Assembly: GCA_964352425.1 (NCBI GenBank)
Contig: CAYGRZ010000001.1
Location: 64,672 to 128,671, forward strand
Reading direction: 5' to 3'
DNA: 64,000 nt
Source of the DNA: an uncultured Planctomycetia bacterium
Lineage (GTDB): Bacteria; Omnitrophota; Gorgyraeia; 2-01-FULL-45-10
This document shows positions 54,124 through 64,000 of the stretch, in pieces; position 1 is the first letter of the stretch, and each line of letters starts with the position of its first letter. The translations under genes and the position numbers were made by a program. Below the pieces are notes generated by a model. It was not told where the DNA came from. It saw nothing but the letters and a program-made list of their open reading frames with translations, and searched no databases.

Positions 54124-56205
54124 ATGGCTAGAAGAAAATCATATAAGACCGTATCTTTATTCGAACCATCTATAGTGGTGCCCGCGATGGTCGAGTCTGT
54201 CAGAAAACTCGATCCCCGCCACCAGATCAAAAATCCAGTCATGTTCGTCGTGTTGGCCGGGAGCATCCTGACCAGCGGCCTCTATATCCATGCACTGATG
54301 GATCAGGCAGAGGTGCCAGCAGGCTTCATCCTGGCCATTTCTTTATGGTTGTGGTTTACGCTGATATTCGCGAATTTTGCCGAAGCGATGGCCGAAGGCC
54401 GCGGGAAGGCGCAGGCCGCGAGCCTGAGACGCGCCAGGAAAGACACGTTTGCCAAAAAGCTGCCAACGCCGAAGTACGGCGCTGATTTCGAAACAGTATC
54501 GGCTGCCACGCTTCGGAAAGGCGATATAGTCCTGGCGGAAGCCGGCGACGTTATCCCTATGGACGGTGAAGCCGTTGAAGGGATAGCGTCTGTGGACGAA
54601 AGCGCCGTTACCGGAGAAAGCGCGCCGGTCATACGCGAAAGCGGAGGGGATCGCAGCGCCGTTACCGGCGGCACGCGAGTCCTTTCCGACTGGCTTATCA
54701 TCCGTATCAGCTCAAATCAGGGAGAAACCTTCCTCGACCGCATGATCGCTATGGTAGAAGGCGCTAAACGGCAGAAGACCCCGAATGAAATTGCGCTCAG
54801 CATTTTACTCTCCGCCCTTACGATAATCTTTCTCCTGGCCACTGTAACGCTTCTTCCTCTTTCAATATACAGCGTCAGTACATCGGGCAGCGGCACTGTC
54901 GTTAGCGTAACGGTGCTTGTCGCGCTACTTGTATGCCTTATTCCGACCACGATAGGGGGGCTCCTTCCTGCCATCGGCATCGCCGGCATGGACAGGCTGA
55001 TCCAGGCGAATGTTATCGCAACATCAGGGCGCGCGGTTGAAGCTGCAGGCGATGTCGATGTGCTCCTGCTGGATAAGACGGGGACGGTAACGCTCGGTAA
55101 CAGGCAGGCCGTGGCATTCATACCCGCGCAGGGAGTCTCTGCAGAATCGCTTGCGGATGCCGCACAGCTGGCTTCTCTTTCGGATGAAACGCCGGAAGGG
55201 AGAAGCATAGTAGTGCTCGCGAAACAGAAATACGGGATCAGAGAACGGCATATACACGAACTGTCAGCAAAATTCATCCCGTTTTCAGCGCAGACACGCA
55301 TGAGCGGTGTTGAGCTCGGCGGAGGCAGGGAGATCAGGAAAGGCGCCGTTGATGCCATCGAAAAGTATGTAAAAGATCACGGTTGTGTGTTTCCTGAAGA
55401 GGTAAAAGGAAGCGTGGAAACGATCGCGAAAAGCGGCGGGACACCTCTCGTAGTTGCGGAAAATAAGCGTGTGCTCGGCGTTATCCACCTTAAAGATATC
55501 GTTAAGGGCGGAATTAAAGAGCGTTTCGCTGAGCTCCGGCGCATGGGCATCAGGACCGTAATGATAACAGGAGATAATCCTTTGACCGCCGCGGCTATCG
55601 CGGCCGAAGCCGGCATGGATAATTTCCTGGCCCAGGCAACACCGGAGAAGAAGCTCAAACTCATCCATGAAATGCAGGAAGGCGGAAGGCTTGTCGCGAT
55701 GACAGGGGACGGCACCAATGACGCGCCCGCGCTCGCCAAGGCGGACGTCGCCGTAGCGATGAATACGGGAACTCAGGCGGCTAAAGAGGCGGGCAACATG
55801 GTCGATCTCGACTCAAATCCTACCAAGCTCATCGAGATCGTCGGCATCGGAAAGCAGCTCCTGATCACGAGGGGCTCCCTGACGACCTTCAGCATCGCTA
55901 ATGATATATCGAAATATTTCGCTATCATACCGGCAGCTTTCGCCGGCACGTATCCGGCGCTCGCATCGCTCAATATAATGCATCTGGCGACGCCCCGCAG
56001 CGCTGTCTTATCGGCCGTAATATTCAACGCGGTCGTCATTATATTACTGATACCTCTCGCGATAAAAGGCGTTCCCTATAGAGCTTCGCCGGCAAGTCGG
56101 CTTTTACGCGACAATTTATTGATCTACGGGGCAGGGGGCTTCATCGCCCCTTTCCTGGGCATAAAACTCATTGATATGCTTCTTGCGGGGCTTCACCTTG
56201 TCTGA
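54124..56205 (+). CDS. kdpB: K+-transporting P-type ATPase subunit B
   Basis: DKTGTVT phosphorylation motif and [12 protein letters not shown]. Confidence 0.9.
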   Translation: MARRKSYKTVSLFEPSIVVPAMVESVRKLDPRHQIKNPVMFVVLAGSILTSGLYIHALMDQAEVPAGFILAISLWLWFTLIFANFAEAMAEGRGKAQAASLRRARKDTFAKKLPTPKYGADFETVSAATLRKGDIVLAEAGDVIPMDGEAVEGIASVDESAVTGESAPVIRESGGDRSAVTGGTRVLSDWLIIRISSNQGETFLDRMIAMVEGAKRQKTPNEIALSILLSALTIIFLLATVTLLPLSIYSVSTSGSGTVVSVTVLVALLVCLIPTTIGGLLPAIGIAGMDRLIQANVIATSGRAVEAAGDVDVLLLDKTGTVTLGNRQAVAFIPAQGVSAESLADAAQLASLSDETPEGRSIVVLAKQKYGIRERHIHELSAKFIPFSAQTRMSGVELGGGREIRKGAVDAIEKYVKDHGCVFPEEVKGSVETIAKSGGTPLVVAENKRVLGVIHLKDIVKGGIKERFAELRRMGIRTVMITGDNPLTAAAIAAEAGMDNFLAQATPEKKLKLIHEMQEGGRLVAMTGDGTNDAPALAKADVAVAMNTGTQAAKEAGNMVDLDSNPTKLIEIVGIGKQLLITRGSLTTFSIANDISKYFAIIPAAFAGTYPALASLNIMHLATPRSAVLSAVIFNAVVIILLIPLAIKGVPYRASPASRLLRDNLLIYGAGGFIAPFLGIKLIDMLLAGLHLV

Positions 56206-56222
56206 TAAAAAAGGATCATGAT

Positions 56223-56801
56223 ATGATCGGCCAGCAATTGAGGATTGCGATTTTAATATTCATCTTTCTTACGGTAATTACCGGGGTGCTGTACCCGATT
56301 CTTATTACCGGCATATCGCAGGCATTTATCCATCATCAGGCAAACGGAAGCTTGATCTACCGAAACGGTAAAGCGGTCGGTTCTTCACTTATAGGACAGC
56401 AATTCAACGATCCTGAATACCTGTGGGGAAGGCCTTCCGCCACGTCGCCGGCGCCCTATAACTCGGCATCATCAGCCGCATCAAATATAGGACCGTCAAA
56501 CCCCGCCTTTAAGGAGATCATAGAAACGCGTATCCGAATACTGAAATCGGCCGACCCCAGGAATACCAATCCGATCCCTGTGGATCTCATTACCTCATCG
56601 GCAAGCGGCCTCGATCCGCACATCAGCCCGGCAGCTGCCTATTACCAGATCCCCAGGATCGCCAGGACGAGGGGGATACCTGAAGACGCCGTGATGAAGA
56701 TCATACAAGTCAATTCGAGCAGGCGGCTGTTCGGCTGCATCGGCGAGAACGTTGTCAATGTAGTAAAGGTTAATTTAGATTTGGGCTCTTACAAAAAATA
56801 G
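56223..56801 (+). CDS. kdpC: K+-transporting ATPase subunit C
   Basis: 192 aa with one TM; typical KdpC N-terminus and SGLDPHISP motif. Confidence 0.85.
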   Translation: MIGQQLRIAILIFIFLTVITGVLYPILITGISQAFIHHQANGSLIYRNGKAVGSSLIGQQFNDPEYLWGRPSATSPAPYNSASSAASNIGPSNPAFKEIIETRIRILKSADPRNTNPIPVDLITSSASGLDPHISPAAAYYQIPRIARTRGIPEDAVMKIIQVNSSRRLFGCIGENVVNVVKVNLDLGSYKK

Positions 56802-56809
56802 AGTATATT

Positions 56810-59008
56810 ATGGATATGACGGAAGAAAAGTCCGACATAGAACAGATCCTGGCGCGCGTCAAGGCCGAGGAACCCGTCCGCGGAAAACTGAAGATATTTT
56901 TCGGTGCCATGGCCGGGGTGGGGAAGACCTACTCCATGCTCGAAGCCGCACGGGTGCGCAAGAAGGAAGGTGTCGACGTGGTTGCCGGTTATGTGGAAAC
57001 GCATAAGCGTGCCGAAACCGATGCCCTTCTTGAAGGGCTGGAGATCCTGCCCGTACAGACGGTCGCCTACAAGAATATCGAGATACGTGAATTTGATATC
57101 GATGCCGCCCTCAAGCGGCACCCTTCACTCATTTTGGTTGATGAGCTGGCGCATTCGAACGCTCCCGGTTCGCGCCATGTGAAACGCTGGCAGGACGTCG
57201 AGGAGCTGCTTGACGCGGGGATCGACGTATATACGACCATGAATGTCCAGCACCTTGAAAGCGCGAATGACGTTGTTGCCCAAATCACCGGCGTGACCGT
57301 ACGGGAAACGATCCCCGATACGTTTGTGGAGAAGGCGGATGATCTGGAGCTTGTCGACCTGCCGCCCGAGGACCTTCTGAACCGCCTCAAGGAAGGCAAG
57401 GTATACCTCGGTGAACAGGCCGAGCGGGCGATCCAGAATTTCTTCCAGATAGGCAACCTTATCGCTTTACGCCAATTGGCCCTGCAGTATACCTCCAAGA
57501 TCGTAGACGCTAAGATGCGTTCCTATAAACAGGCCTATTCCATATCAAAGGTCTGGGGCGTCAAAGACCGCTTCCTGGTGTCCATCAGTCCAAGCCCCCG
57601 CGCCGTGCGATTGATCCGCGCCGGAAAGCGTATAGCTTCAAGCCTTGGCGTCGAATGGATCGTCGCCTTTGTCGAATCACCGGCTCAGGTCTACAGCAGG
57701 AAAGACAGGGCCACTACTGCCGAGATGATGCGGCTGGCCGAAAAATTGGGCGCCGAGACAGTGACGCTCAGCGGGCACAATGTCGCCGATACATTGATAG
57801 CATTCGCCCGTTCGCGTAATATAACAAAGATCGTAGCGGGAAAATCTGAAAGACGCCGCTGGCAGGAGATAATATTCGGGTCGGTGATCAATGAGCTTGC
57901 CAGGAAGTGCGGCGAAATAGACCTCTATCTTATCAGCGGGGAAACGCAGGGACAGCCTGTAAAATTTGATCTGCGGCGCCCGAAGCCTTTTTCGTGGAAA
58001 GGCCTCATCTGGGCCTTTGCGATCGTCGCTCTGTGCACCATCATGGGAAGGATGTTATCCCGGTACCTGAACATCGAAAATGTAGTAATGATATACTTGC
58101 TGGGCGTTGTGTGGATCGCGTACAGGCATGGCCTCAGGGCGTCGGCCATTGCGGCTTTTTTCAGCGTGCTGTCCTTCGATTATTTCTTTGTGCCGCCATT
58201 CTTCAGATTTGTTGTAGATGATGTCGAGAAGGATCTCATAACTTTTGCTGTCATGCTTATTGTCGGCGTTACGATAAGCGTCTTAACAGGCCGTCTAAGC
58301 CAGCAGACCGCTGCCATGCGGCTGCGGGAAAACAGGACGCAGGCCCTTTACAATCTGAGCCGTGACCTGGCAAGGACATCTAACCCCGATGAATTGTTTG
58401 AAATAGGAGGGCTCCATATACAGAAGATCTTTAGATGCCCTGTTGCTGTTTTTTCTTATGATAAGAAGAGAGGGATTGAGGCGCGTTTCGATAATTCAAA
58501 AGGTATCGCCGCCACGGAAAATGAGCAGGCTGTCGCCCACTGGGCATACCAGCACGAAAAGATAGCGGGCAGGGATACGGACACCCTCCCCGGGTCAAGA
58601 GGCTTATACCTGCCGCTTGCCGGCGCTGAAAAAGTGGTGGGGGTCATCGCCCTTTTCCCGAGAGAAGAGAAGCAATTTACAGACCCGGAGCAATTGCATA
58701 TGCTTGAGATGTATGTGAGCCAGACTGCGCTTGCAGTTGAGGGAGCGCAACTCGCTGCTGCGGCTGTCAAGGCAGAGTCCGATATCGAACATGAACGCCT
58801 GCGCAACATGCTTTTAAGCACATTCTCTTTTGATCTCCCTGCACCGTTAAAGGCTATCTCGAAAGCCGCATCGGATCTGTTACTGCAGGCAAATATCAAT
58901 GACCAGTCAAAACGGAATGATCTGATACAGAAGATCAAGGCCGAGGCTGAGCGTCTGAATAAACTGTCCCAAGAGATGACGGATATCATCAGCTCGGATA
59001 AGCAATAG
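56810..59008 (+). CDS. kdpD: KdpD-like sensor protein lacking the kinase catalytic domain (KdpD N-terminal domain + USP + 4 TM + GAF + DHp-like helix with His replaced by Phe)
   Basis: GAMAGVGKTYSML KdpD N-domain P-loop; 4 TM helices; ERLRNMLLSTFSFDLPAPL aligns to the E. coli KdpD H-box ERLRNALLAALSHDLRTPL with H to F; the ORF ends ~160 aa short of a full HK. Confidence 0.85.
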   Translation: MDMTEEKSDIEQILARVKAEEPVRGKLKIFFGAMAGVGKTYSMLEAARVRKKEGVDVVAGYVETHKRAETDALLEGLEILPVQTVAYKNIEIREFDIDAALKRHPSLILVDELAHSNAPGSRHVKRWQDVEELLDAGIDVYTTMNVQHLESANDVVAQITGVTVRETIPDTFVEKADDLELVDLPPEDLLNRLKEGKVYLGEQAERAIQNFFQIGNLIALRQLALQYTSKIVDAKMRSYKQAYSISKVWGVKDRFLVSISPSPRAVRLIRAGKRIASSLGVEWIVAFVESPAQVYSRKDRATTAEMMRLAEKLGAETVTLSGHNVADTLIAFARSRNITKIVAGKSERRRWQEIIFGSVINELARKCGEIDLYLISGETQGQPVKFDLRRPKPFSWKGLIWAFAIVALCTIMGRMLSRYLNIENVVMIYLLGVVWIAYRHGLRASAIAAFFSVLSFDYFFVPPFFRFVVDDVEKDLITFAVMLIVGVTISVLTGRLSQQTAAMRLRENRTQALYNLSRDLARTSNPDELFEIGGLHIQKIFRCPVAVFSYDKKRGIEARFDNSKGIAATENEQAVAHWAYQHEKIAGRDTDTLPGSRGLYLPLAGAEKVVGVIALFPREEKQFTDPEQLHMLEMYVSQTALAVEGAQLAAAAVKAESDIEHERLRNMLLSTFSFDLPAPLKAISKAASDLLLQANINDQSKRNDLIQKIKAEAERLNKLSQEMTDIISSDKQ

Positions 59009-59114
59009 CTGTAGCGATTGTGCGTAATTATTGTTGAGCGGTACAATGTTGTGTGTTAGTATATCTTTGATAGTTAATATAACTAGAAAGACATGGCGGG
59101 TTGGAGCCATCGGG

Positions 59115-59147
59115 GCCCACCTAGCAATAATGGTGGGCTTCTTTTTT
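59115..59147 (+). terminator. rho-independent terminator after kdpD
   Basis: GCCCACC-tagcaataat-GGTGGGC followed by TTCTTTTTT. Confidence 0.6.
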
Positions 59148-59185
59148 AATAGCTGTATGAATTATAGGGCAAGGAATGTATCGGC

Positions 59186-60631
59186 ATGAACCCTAAGATT
59201 ATTTTACTGGCAGCGGTTTTCGTTCCGATTACAGGCTCATTCTTTCTTCCTGTTATCGGCAGGCTGTCTGAGCGCATCAGGAACTTTTGCGCACTCGGCC
59301 TTGTGCTCACATCCCTGATCGCCTCGTGCACGCTTATACCATCGGTCCTGTCCGGCAATACCACAACGTTCACCCTGAACCTGCCCTTAGGATTCAATCT
59401 CATCCTTACCGCTGACTGCCTTGCAGTCTTCATGGCCATAACATCGTCGCTTATCGGTGCTATCATAGTCCTATACTCTTTTGATTACATCAGCCACTAC
59501 GACAACCGCAACGAGTACTACTTCATGGTCGCGCTCTTCCTCGGCTCGATGATGGGCATCGTCTTTTCGGGCAATCTCATATTCCTGTATATATTCTGGG
59601 AGATCACCGCGCTGGCGAGCTGGCGGCTCATCGGGTTCTTCAGGGAAAAGCGTTATGTCATGAAGGCGGACAAGGCCTTCCTCGTCACCGTTTCCGGCGC
59701 CCTGGCAATGCTGATCGGATTCATCATCATATTCTCCCAGACAGGGTCGTTCGACCTTGCCGTCATCCGACAGGGCCTGCAGGGAAGGGCTCTTCCCAAT
59801 ATCGCTGTGCTCCTGATACTCTTCGGCATACTCTCGAAGTCAGCGACGCTTCCGTTCCACACGTGGCTGCCGGATGCCGGCGTCGCTCCGTCACCGGTGA
59901 CCGCGCTCCTGCATGCCGCCATCCTCGTAAAGATAGGCGTCTACGTATTCGCGCGGCTCTTCATAGCGACATTCACCGTAAGCGCGATATGGCACACCGT
60001 GATCCCTGTCATAGCAGCCGTAAGCGCTCTCGTATCTGCCGGCGCCGCGCTTGTAGAAACGGATATGAAGCGCATAATCGCGTATTCGACCGTGAGCCAG
60101 ATCGCCTTCATATTTTTGGGGTTTGCCGTGGGCAACGAAGTCGGCATCGCCGGCGCTCTCCTGTATATACTGATGCACGGCCTGGCAAAGGGGGGACTCT
60201 TCCTGTGCGCAGGCATAGTCGAGCAGAACACGCACACCAAAGACATAACGAAGATGGGAGGCCTCATCACGACGATGCCGGTGACGGCCATATCATTCCT
60301 TGCCTGTGCATTCTCTGTCATGGGCATACCGCCGTTCGGCGGCTTCTTCTCAAAATACCTGGTCTTTTCCGGCGCTGTTACAGCCGATCATATGTGGATA
60401 ACGATCACGTTCCTTTTTGGCGCGGTCCTGACCATACTCTACCTCTTTCGGATATTTAACCACATATTCCTGTATGCGAACGATTCACAGACGCTCGATG
60501 CAAAGGAGGGGTCGCGCGTGATGGTCGCCTCGGTCGCCATCCTCGCGGTGCTGTCACTTGCGTGCGGTATCTATATACAATATCCGGCGGGTTTCGTCCA
60601 GACGACTGTCAAATATATGCTGGGTCTATAA
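59186..60631 (+). CDS. NuoN/MnhD/HyfB-family proton-conducting antiporter-like membrane subunit
   Basis: 481 aa, ~14 TM, complex-I antiporter-subunit signature (HTWLPDA, AYSTVSQ). Confidence 0.8.
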   Translation: MNPKIILLAAVFVPITGSFFLPVIGRLSERIRNFCALGLVLTSLIASCTLIPSVLSGNTTTFTLNLPLGFNLILTADCLAVFMAITSSLIGAIIVLYSFDYISHYDNRNEYYFMVALFLGSMMGIVFSGNLIFLYIFWEITALASWRLIGFFREKRYVMKADKAFLVTVSGALAMLIGFIIIFSQTGSFDLAVIRQGLQGRALPNIAVLLILFGILSKSATLPFHTWLPDAGVAPSPVTALLHAAILVKIGVYVFARLFIATFTVSAIWHTVIPVIAAVSALVSAGAALVETDMKRIIAYSTVSQIAFIFLGFAVGNEVGIAGALLYILMHGLAKGGLFLCAGIVEQNTHTKDITKMGGLITTMPVTAISFLACAFSVMGIPPFGGFFSKYLVFSGAVTADHMWITITFLFGAVLTILYLFRIFNHIFLYANDSQTLDAKEGSRVMVASVAILAVLSLACGIYIQYPAGFVQTTVKYMLGL

Positions 60632-60634
60632 AAT

Positions 60635-62452
60635 ATGAATATACTATTATTGCCCATCCTGTTACCGCTGGCCGCGGGCATCATAGCGCTCGTCATCCCG
60701 AGAAAGCTCAAAGAAGCATGGGTGCTCACGGTAACAGTGGTGAACATGGCGCTTGCCATATTCCTGTATGCAAAGAGGCTTGCCTTTACACTGCCGTGGG
60801 CTGGATCCGGCATTGAATTATCGCTGCGGCTCTACCACTTTAGCGCATTCATCATGCTTGCCACAGCCTTCTTTGGACTGCTCGTCGCACTCTATGCTAC
60901 GGCATCGCTTCGCGATAAAGGTTATGCGAAACAGTTCTTCGCATACCTTTTGCTCACCATCGGTCTTGCAAACGGCGCCGTCCTTGCCGACAACCTTGTC
61001 GCAATGCTCTTCTTCCTTGAGGGGCTTCTCGTAACGACGTTCGGCATGATCGCGATAGGCAGAAAAGAGGCGTTCAAGGCCGCCACGAAGGCATTTATTA
61101 TCATCGGTGTGGGCGACCTGTGCATGATGGTCGGCATAGCCCTGTGCGGCCACATAGGCGGCACGCTTACCATATCAAAACTCAGCATCGCGACCAGCGG
61201 CCTTGGCGGCCTGGCATTCATATTGATGATGATCGGCGCCCTCGGAAAGTCCGGATCCATGCCGCTCCATACATGGATACCGGATGCCGCGACTGAGGCG
61301 CCGCTGCCTTTCATGGCTATGCTGCCCGGCGCAATGGAGAAACTTGTGGGCATTTATCTATTGACCAGGATATCGCTCGACATCTTCAGGCTTTCGCCGC
61401 ATTCCTGGGCCAGCATGACGCTCATGATCATAGGCGCCGTCACGATCGTGGGCGCTGTCATGATGGCGCTCATCCAGAAGGACTATAAGAGGCTCCTGTC
61501 CTATCACGCCATAAGCCAGCTCGGTTACATGATACTGGGAATTGGGACTCTCGTGCCGGCAGGTATCGTTGGCGGGCTATTCCACATGATCAACAATGCC
61601 CTCTATAAGAGCTGCCTGTTCCTCACCGGCGGCTCCGTAGAGAAACAGGCCGGCACAACGAATCTCGAGGAGCTCGGCGGGCTAGGGAAGATGATGCCGG
61701 TCACATTCGGCTGCTTCATCATCACGGCGCTGGCGATATCCGGCGTGCCGCCGTTCAACGGATTCTTCTCGAAAGAGCTTGTCTATGACGGCGCGCTGGA
61801 AAGAGGCCGTATCTTCTATATTGCCGCTGTCCTCGGATCATTCCTGACAGCTGCGTCGTTCTTGAAACTCGGCCACGCCGCTTTTTTGGGAAGACCGAAC
61901 AGGGAAGGGGTAAGGGAAGCGCCGCTCGCGATGCTCGTGCCGATGATCATTATAGCGGCCTTATGCATCGTATTCGGCGTCTGGAATGCGCTTCCGCTTA
62001 AACTTTTCATCCAGCCGATACTGGGTGAGAGGCTTGCAGGCCATGATTACTCCGGAATGCACGTGAACATTATGCTCACCACCATCACTATCATTGTTCT
62101 TCTCGGCGCGCTCGCAAATCACCTCTACGGCGCAAAGAAGACCGGCAGCGGGCTTAAGGCAGCCGACCATATACATTACGCGCCATTTCTGCATCCGCTA
62201 TACGATAAGGCGGAGAAGGGGAAACTCGACCCCTACAATATTGGGATGGGCTTTACGAGCATGTTCGCGGCAGCCGCCTCATGGTGTGACGGCGCGATAA
62301 ACTGGGTCTACGACGACCTGGCCCCGGGCGCAACCGGCGCCATAAGCGCCGCGATACGGAAGTTGCATGACGGAAGTTACCGGACGTACATACTATGGTC
62401 GGTGGCCGCTCTCGCTATCGTAGTCATCGTGATGCTGAACGGATTAAGGTGA
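60635..62452 (+). CDS. NuoL/NuoM/MnhA-family proton-conducting antiporter-like membrane subunit
   Basis: 605 aa polytopic; HTWIPDA and SYHAISQLGYM motifs. Confidence 0.8.
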   Translation: MNILLLPILLPLAAGIIALVIPRKLKEAWVLTVTVVNMALAIFLYAKRLAFTLPWAGSGIELSLRLYHFSAFIMLATAFFGLLVALYATASLRDKGYAKQFFAYLLLTIGLANGAVLADNLVAMLFFLEGLLVTTFGMIAIGRKEAFKAATKAFIIIGVGDLCMMVGIALCGHIGGTLTISKLSIATSGLGGLAFILMMIGALGKSGSMPLHTWIPDAATEAPLPFMAMLPGAMEKLVGIYLLTRISLDIFRLSPHSWASMTLMIIGAVTIVGAVMMALIQKDYKRLLSYHAISQLGYMILGIGTLVPAGIVGGLFHMINNALYKSCLFLTGGSVEKQAGTTNLEELGGLGKMMPVTFGCFIITALAISGVPPFNGFFSKELVYDGALERGRIFYIAAVLGSFLTAASFLKLGHAAFLGRPNREGVREAPLAMLVPMIIIAALCIVFGVWNALPLKLFIQPILGERLAGHDYSGMHVNIMLTTITIIVLLGALANHLYGAKKTGSGLKAADHIHYAPFLHPLYDKAEKGKLDPYNIGMGFTSMFAAAASWCDGAINWVYDDLAPGATGAISAAIRKLHDGSYRTYILWSVAALAIVVIVMLNGLR

Positions 62453-62457
62453 CATAA

Positions 62458-63888
62458 ATGCCATCACTGCTCATACTGATACCGCTTTTCGGGATAGTGA
62501 TACTGAACCTTCCGTTCGGAAATGTAATGAGAAGGCTGGCGTTCTGGTTCGCATTCTCGATCTTCACCACCCAGATAATCCTGGCCATGACCCACCAGCC
62601 GATATTCTGGGGCAATGAGCTCGAGCAGATGGACGCGTTCTTCCACGTCAATTTCTCGATCGATCATCTGAGCTTTATAATGCTTCTCTGTATCGGCATC
62701 GTGTCGATCGCGAGCCTCTTAGTCACGCGAAACACCGTCCACGACCTTAAGGAGCGTTTCAAATTCATAAACCTGCTGATCATCACATCAATAGGGATGT
62801 GCGGCATCGTCATGGTGACCGACATATTCACGCTCTATGTATTCCTGGAGATCACCGCGATAGCGTCATTCATCCTGATAGCGTTCGAGAAAGACGTATA
62901 TGCCCTCGAAGGGGCCTTCAAATATATGATACTCTCGGCGGTGGCGACCGTCATGATGCTCGCATCGATCGCGCTCCTGCTGCTTGCCTCCGGAAGCACG
63001 TCGTTCGCGGATATTTCCACCGCATTACAGTCGGCCGACAATAACCTGATGCTCGTGGCTGTAGCCCTCTTCATCTGCGGCCTCTTCATAAAGGGAGGGC
63101 TGGTACCTTTCCACGGATGGGTGCCCGACGCGTATACCGCCGCCTCACCGGCAGTATCGGTGCTGCTGGCAGGCATCGTGACCAAGGTCGCGGGCATATA
63201 TACACTCATGCGGGTCGTGACCTCCATATTCGGTTTCGGCGCGAACATCAAGGCGCTCCTCATGGTGTTCGGGACCATATCGATAATCGTCGGCGCGTTC
63301 GCGGCGATAGGGCAGAAGGACTTCAAGCGCATGCTCGCATACTCGAGCATCAGCCAGGTCGGATATATCGTGCTGGGCTTCGGTTGCGGCACCGCGCTCG
63401 GAATAGCGGGCGCGGTCTTCCACCTCTTCAACCATTCGATATTCAAGTCGCTCCTCTTCGTGAACTCGGCCGCGATCGAAACGCGCCTCGGCACGACCGA
63501 CATGGATAAGATGGGAGGCCTCTCCGCCAGGATGCCGTTCACGGGTGCGACATCGGTAATAGGGATGCTCTCGGCCGCCGGCATACCGCCTCTTTCGGGA
63601 TTCTGGTCAAAGCTTATCATTATAATCGCGCTGTGGCAGGCACAGCACACGGCGTACGCCGCGATCGCGGTCGGCGCGAGCATACTGACGCTGGCATATC
63701 TCCTGGTCATGCAGCGGAAGGTCTTCTTCGGCAAACTCGGCCCCGGCCTCGAGGACACGGTCGAAGCCCGGCCCGGGATAACGGCCGCCGCTGTCATGCT
63801 TGCGGCTATCCTGGTCGGCACGGGCGTATTTTTCCCGGCGGCCTACAGAATTTTTATAGTCCCCATCCAGGAGATGCTCATAAAATGA
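62458..63888 (+). CDS. NuoM/NuoN/MnhD-family antiporter-like membrane subunit
   Basis: 476 aa; HGWVPDAY and AYSSISQVGY motifs. Confidence 0.8.
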   Translation: MPSLLILIPLFGIVILNLPFGNVMRRLAFWFAFSIFTTQIILAMTHQPIFWGNELEQMDAFFHVNFSIDHLSFIMLLCIGIVSIASLLVTRNTVHDLKERFKFINLLIITSIGMCGIVMVTDIFTLYVFLEITAIASFILIAFEKDVYALEGAFKYMILSAVATVMMLASIALLLLASGSTSFADISTALQSADNNLMLVAVALFICGLFIKGGLVPFHGWVPDAYTAASPAVSVLLAGIVTKVAGIYTLMRVVTSIFGFGANIKALLMVFGTISIIVGAFAAIGQKDFKRMLAYSSISQVGYIVLGFGCGTALGIAGAVFHLFNHSIFKSLLFVNSAAIETRLGTTDMDKMGGLSARMPFTGATSVIGMLSAAGIPPLSGFWSKLIIIIALWQAQHTAYAAIAVGASILTLAYLLVMQRKVFFGKLGPGLEDTVEARPGITAAAVMLAAILVGTGVFFPAAYRIFIVPIQEMLIK

Positions 63889-64000
63889 CAGCGGGACATA
63901 TAACGATAGATACGGTCCTCCTCGTGGCGATGATGATTGCCGCGCTATGGACGGTCATGGGCAGAAGCCTCCTCAAGGCGGCCATAGGCCTTGCCGTCAC
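63885..64000 (+). CDS. hydrophobic membrane protein, 5' fragment (possibly an Mrp/Mbh small subunit)
   Basis: ATGA overlap with the upstream gene; MTAGHITIDTVLLVAMMIAALWTVMGRSLLKAAIGLAV. Confidence 0.35.
   Translation, partial: MTAGHITIDTVLLVAMMIAALWTVMGRSLLKAAIGLAV

Noticed and set aside
1-64000. CRISPR arrays, rRNA genes, transposases/integrases, prophage genes.
   Set aside because: No regularly spaced identical direct repeats, no rRNA-like sequence, and no recombinase/transposase motifs were seen. The repeats present are short palindromic/modular intergenic elements rather than CRISPR units.

Overview
The window is a high-GC (~58-60%) bacterial chromosome segment. Almost all genes are co-directional on the + strand and tightly packed, with many 1-20 nt start/stop overlaps. 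The only convincing minus-strand genes are an ExeA/ExeB-like secretion-ATPase pair. From left to right: (1) end of pfkA, then a fused heptose (gmhA, rfaE-II) and thiamine (ThiD2-like, thiE, thiC) operon; (2) a PfkB kinase, tRNA-Gly(CCC) and a LysM/M23 lipoprotein; (3) a translationally coupled AAA-ATPase / metallophosphoesterase / divergent thymidylate-synthase-family triad, followed by a HIT protein and a dGTP triphosphohydrolase; (4) a GAF-HD-GYP phosphodiesterase and a UvrD-nuclease fusion; (5) a ~12 kb stretch holding five PilZ-domain proteins, one of them a STAS-PilZ fusion coupled to a pentapeptide-repeat K+ channel, interleaved with small secreted proteins, M23 peptidases, panD, def and a flavin-reductase / DUF523 / DUF362 / HINT operon; (6) a GAF-ANTAR regulator and a nitrogen-assimilation supercluster (nadE, a small sigma factor, a KaiC-like/PPDK_N fusion, amt, PII, type-III glnA, a Fis-type HTH protein, gltB, gltD) whose intergenic leaders share modular repeated palindromic elements; (7) kdpFABC with a truncated KdpD that lacks the phospho-acceptor His and the kinase domain, and no kdpE; (8) three consecutive NuoL/M/N-like antiporter subunits. 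The intergenic DNA also holds a family of short hairpin repeats with a conserved loop (TGAGCGAAGTCGAA) and co-varying stems, and a ~135 bp module present twice in inverted orientation. No CRISPR array, rRNA or obvious transposase was found.
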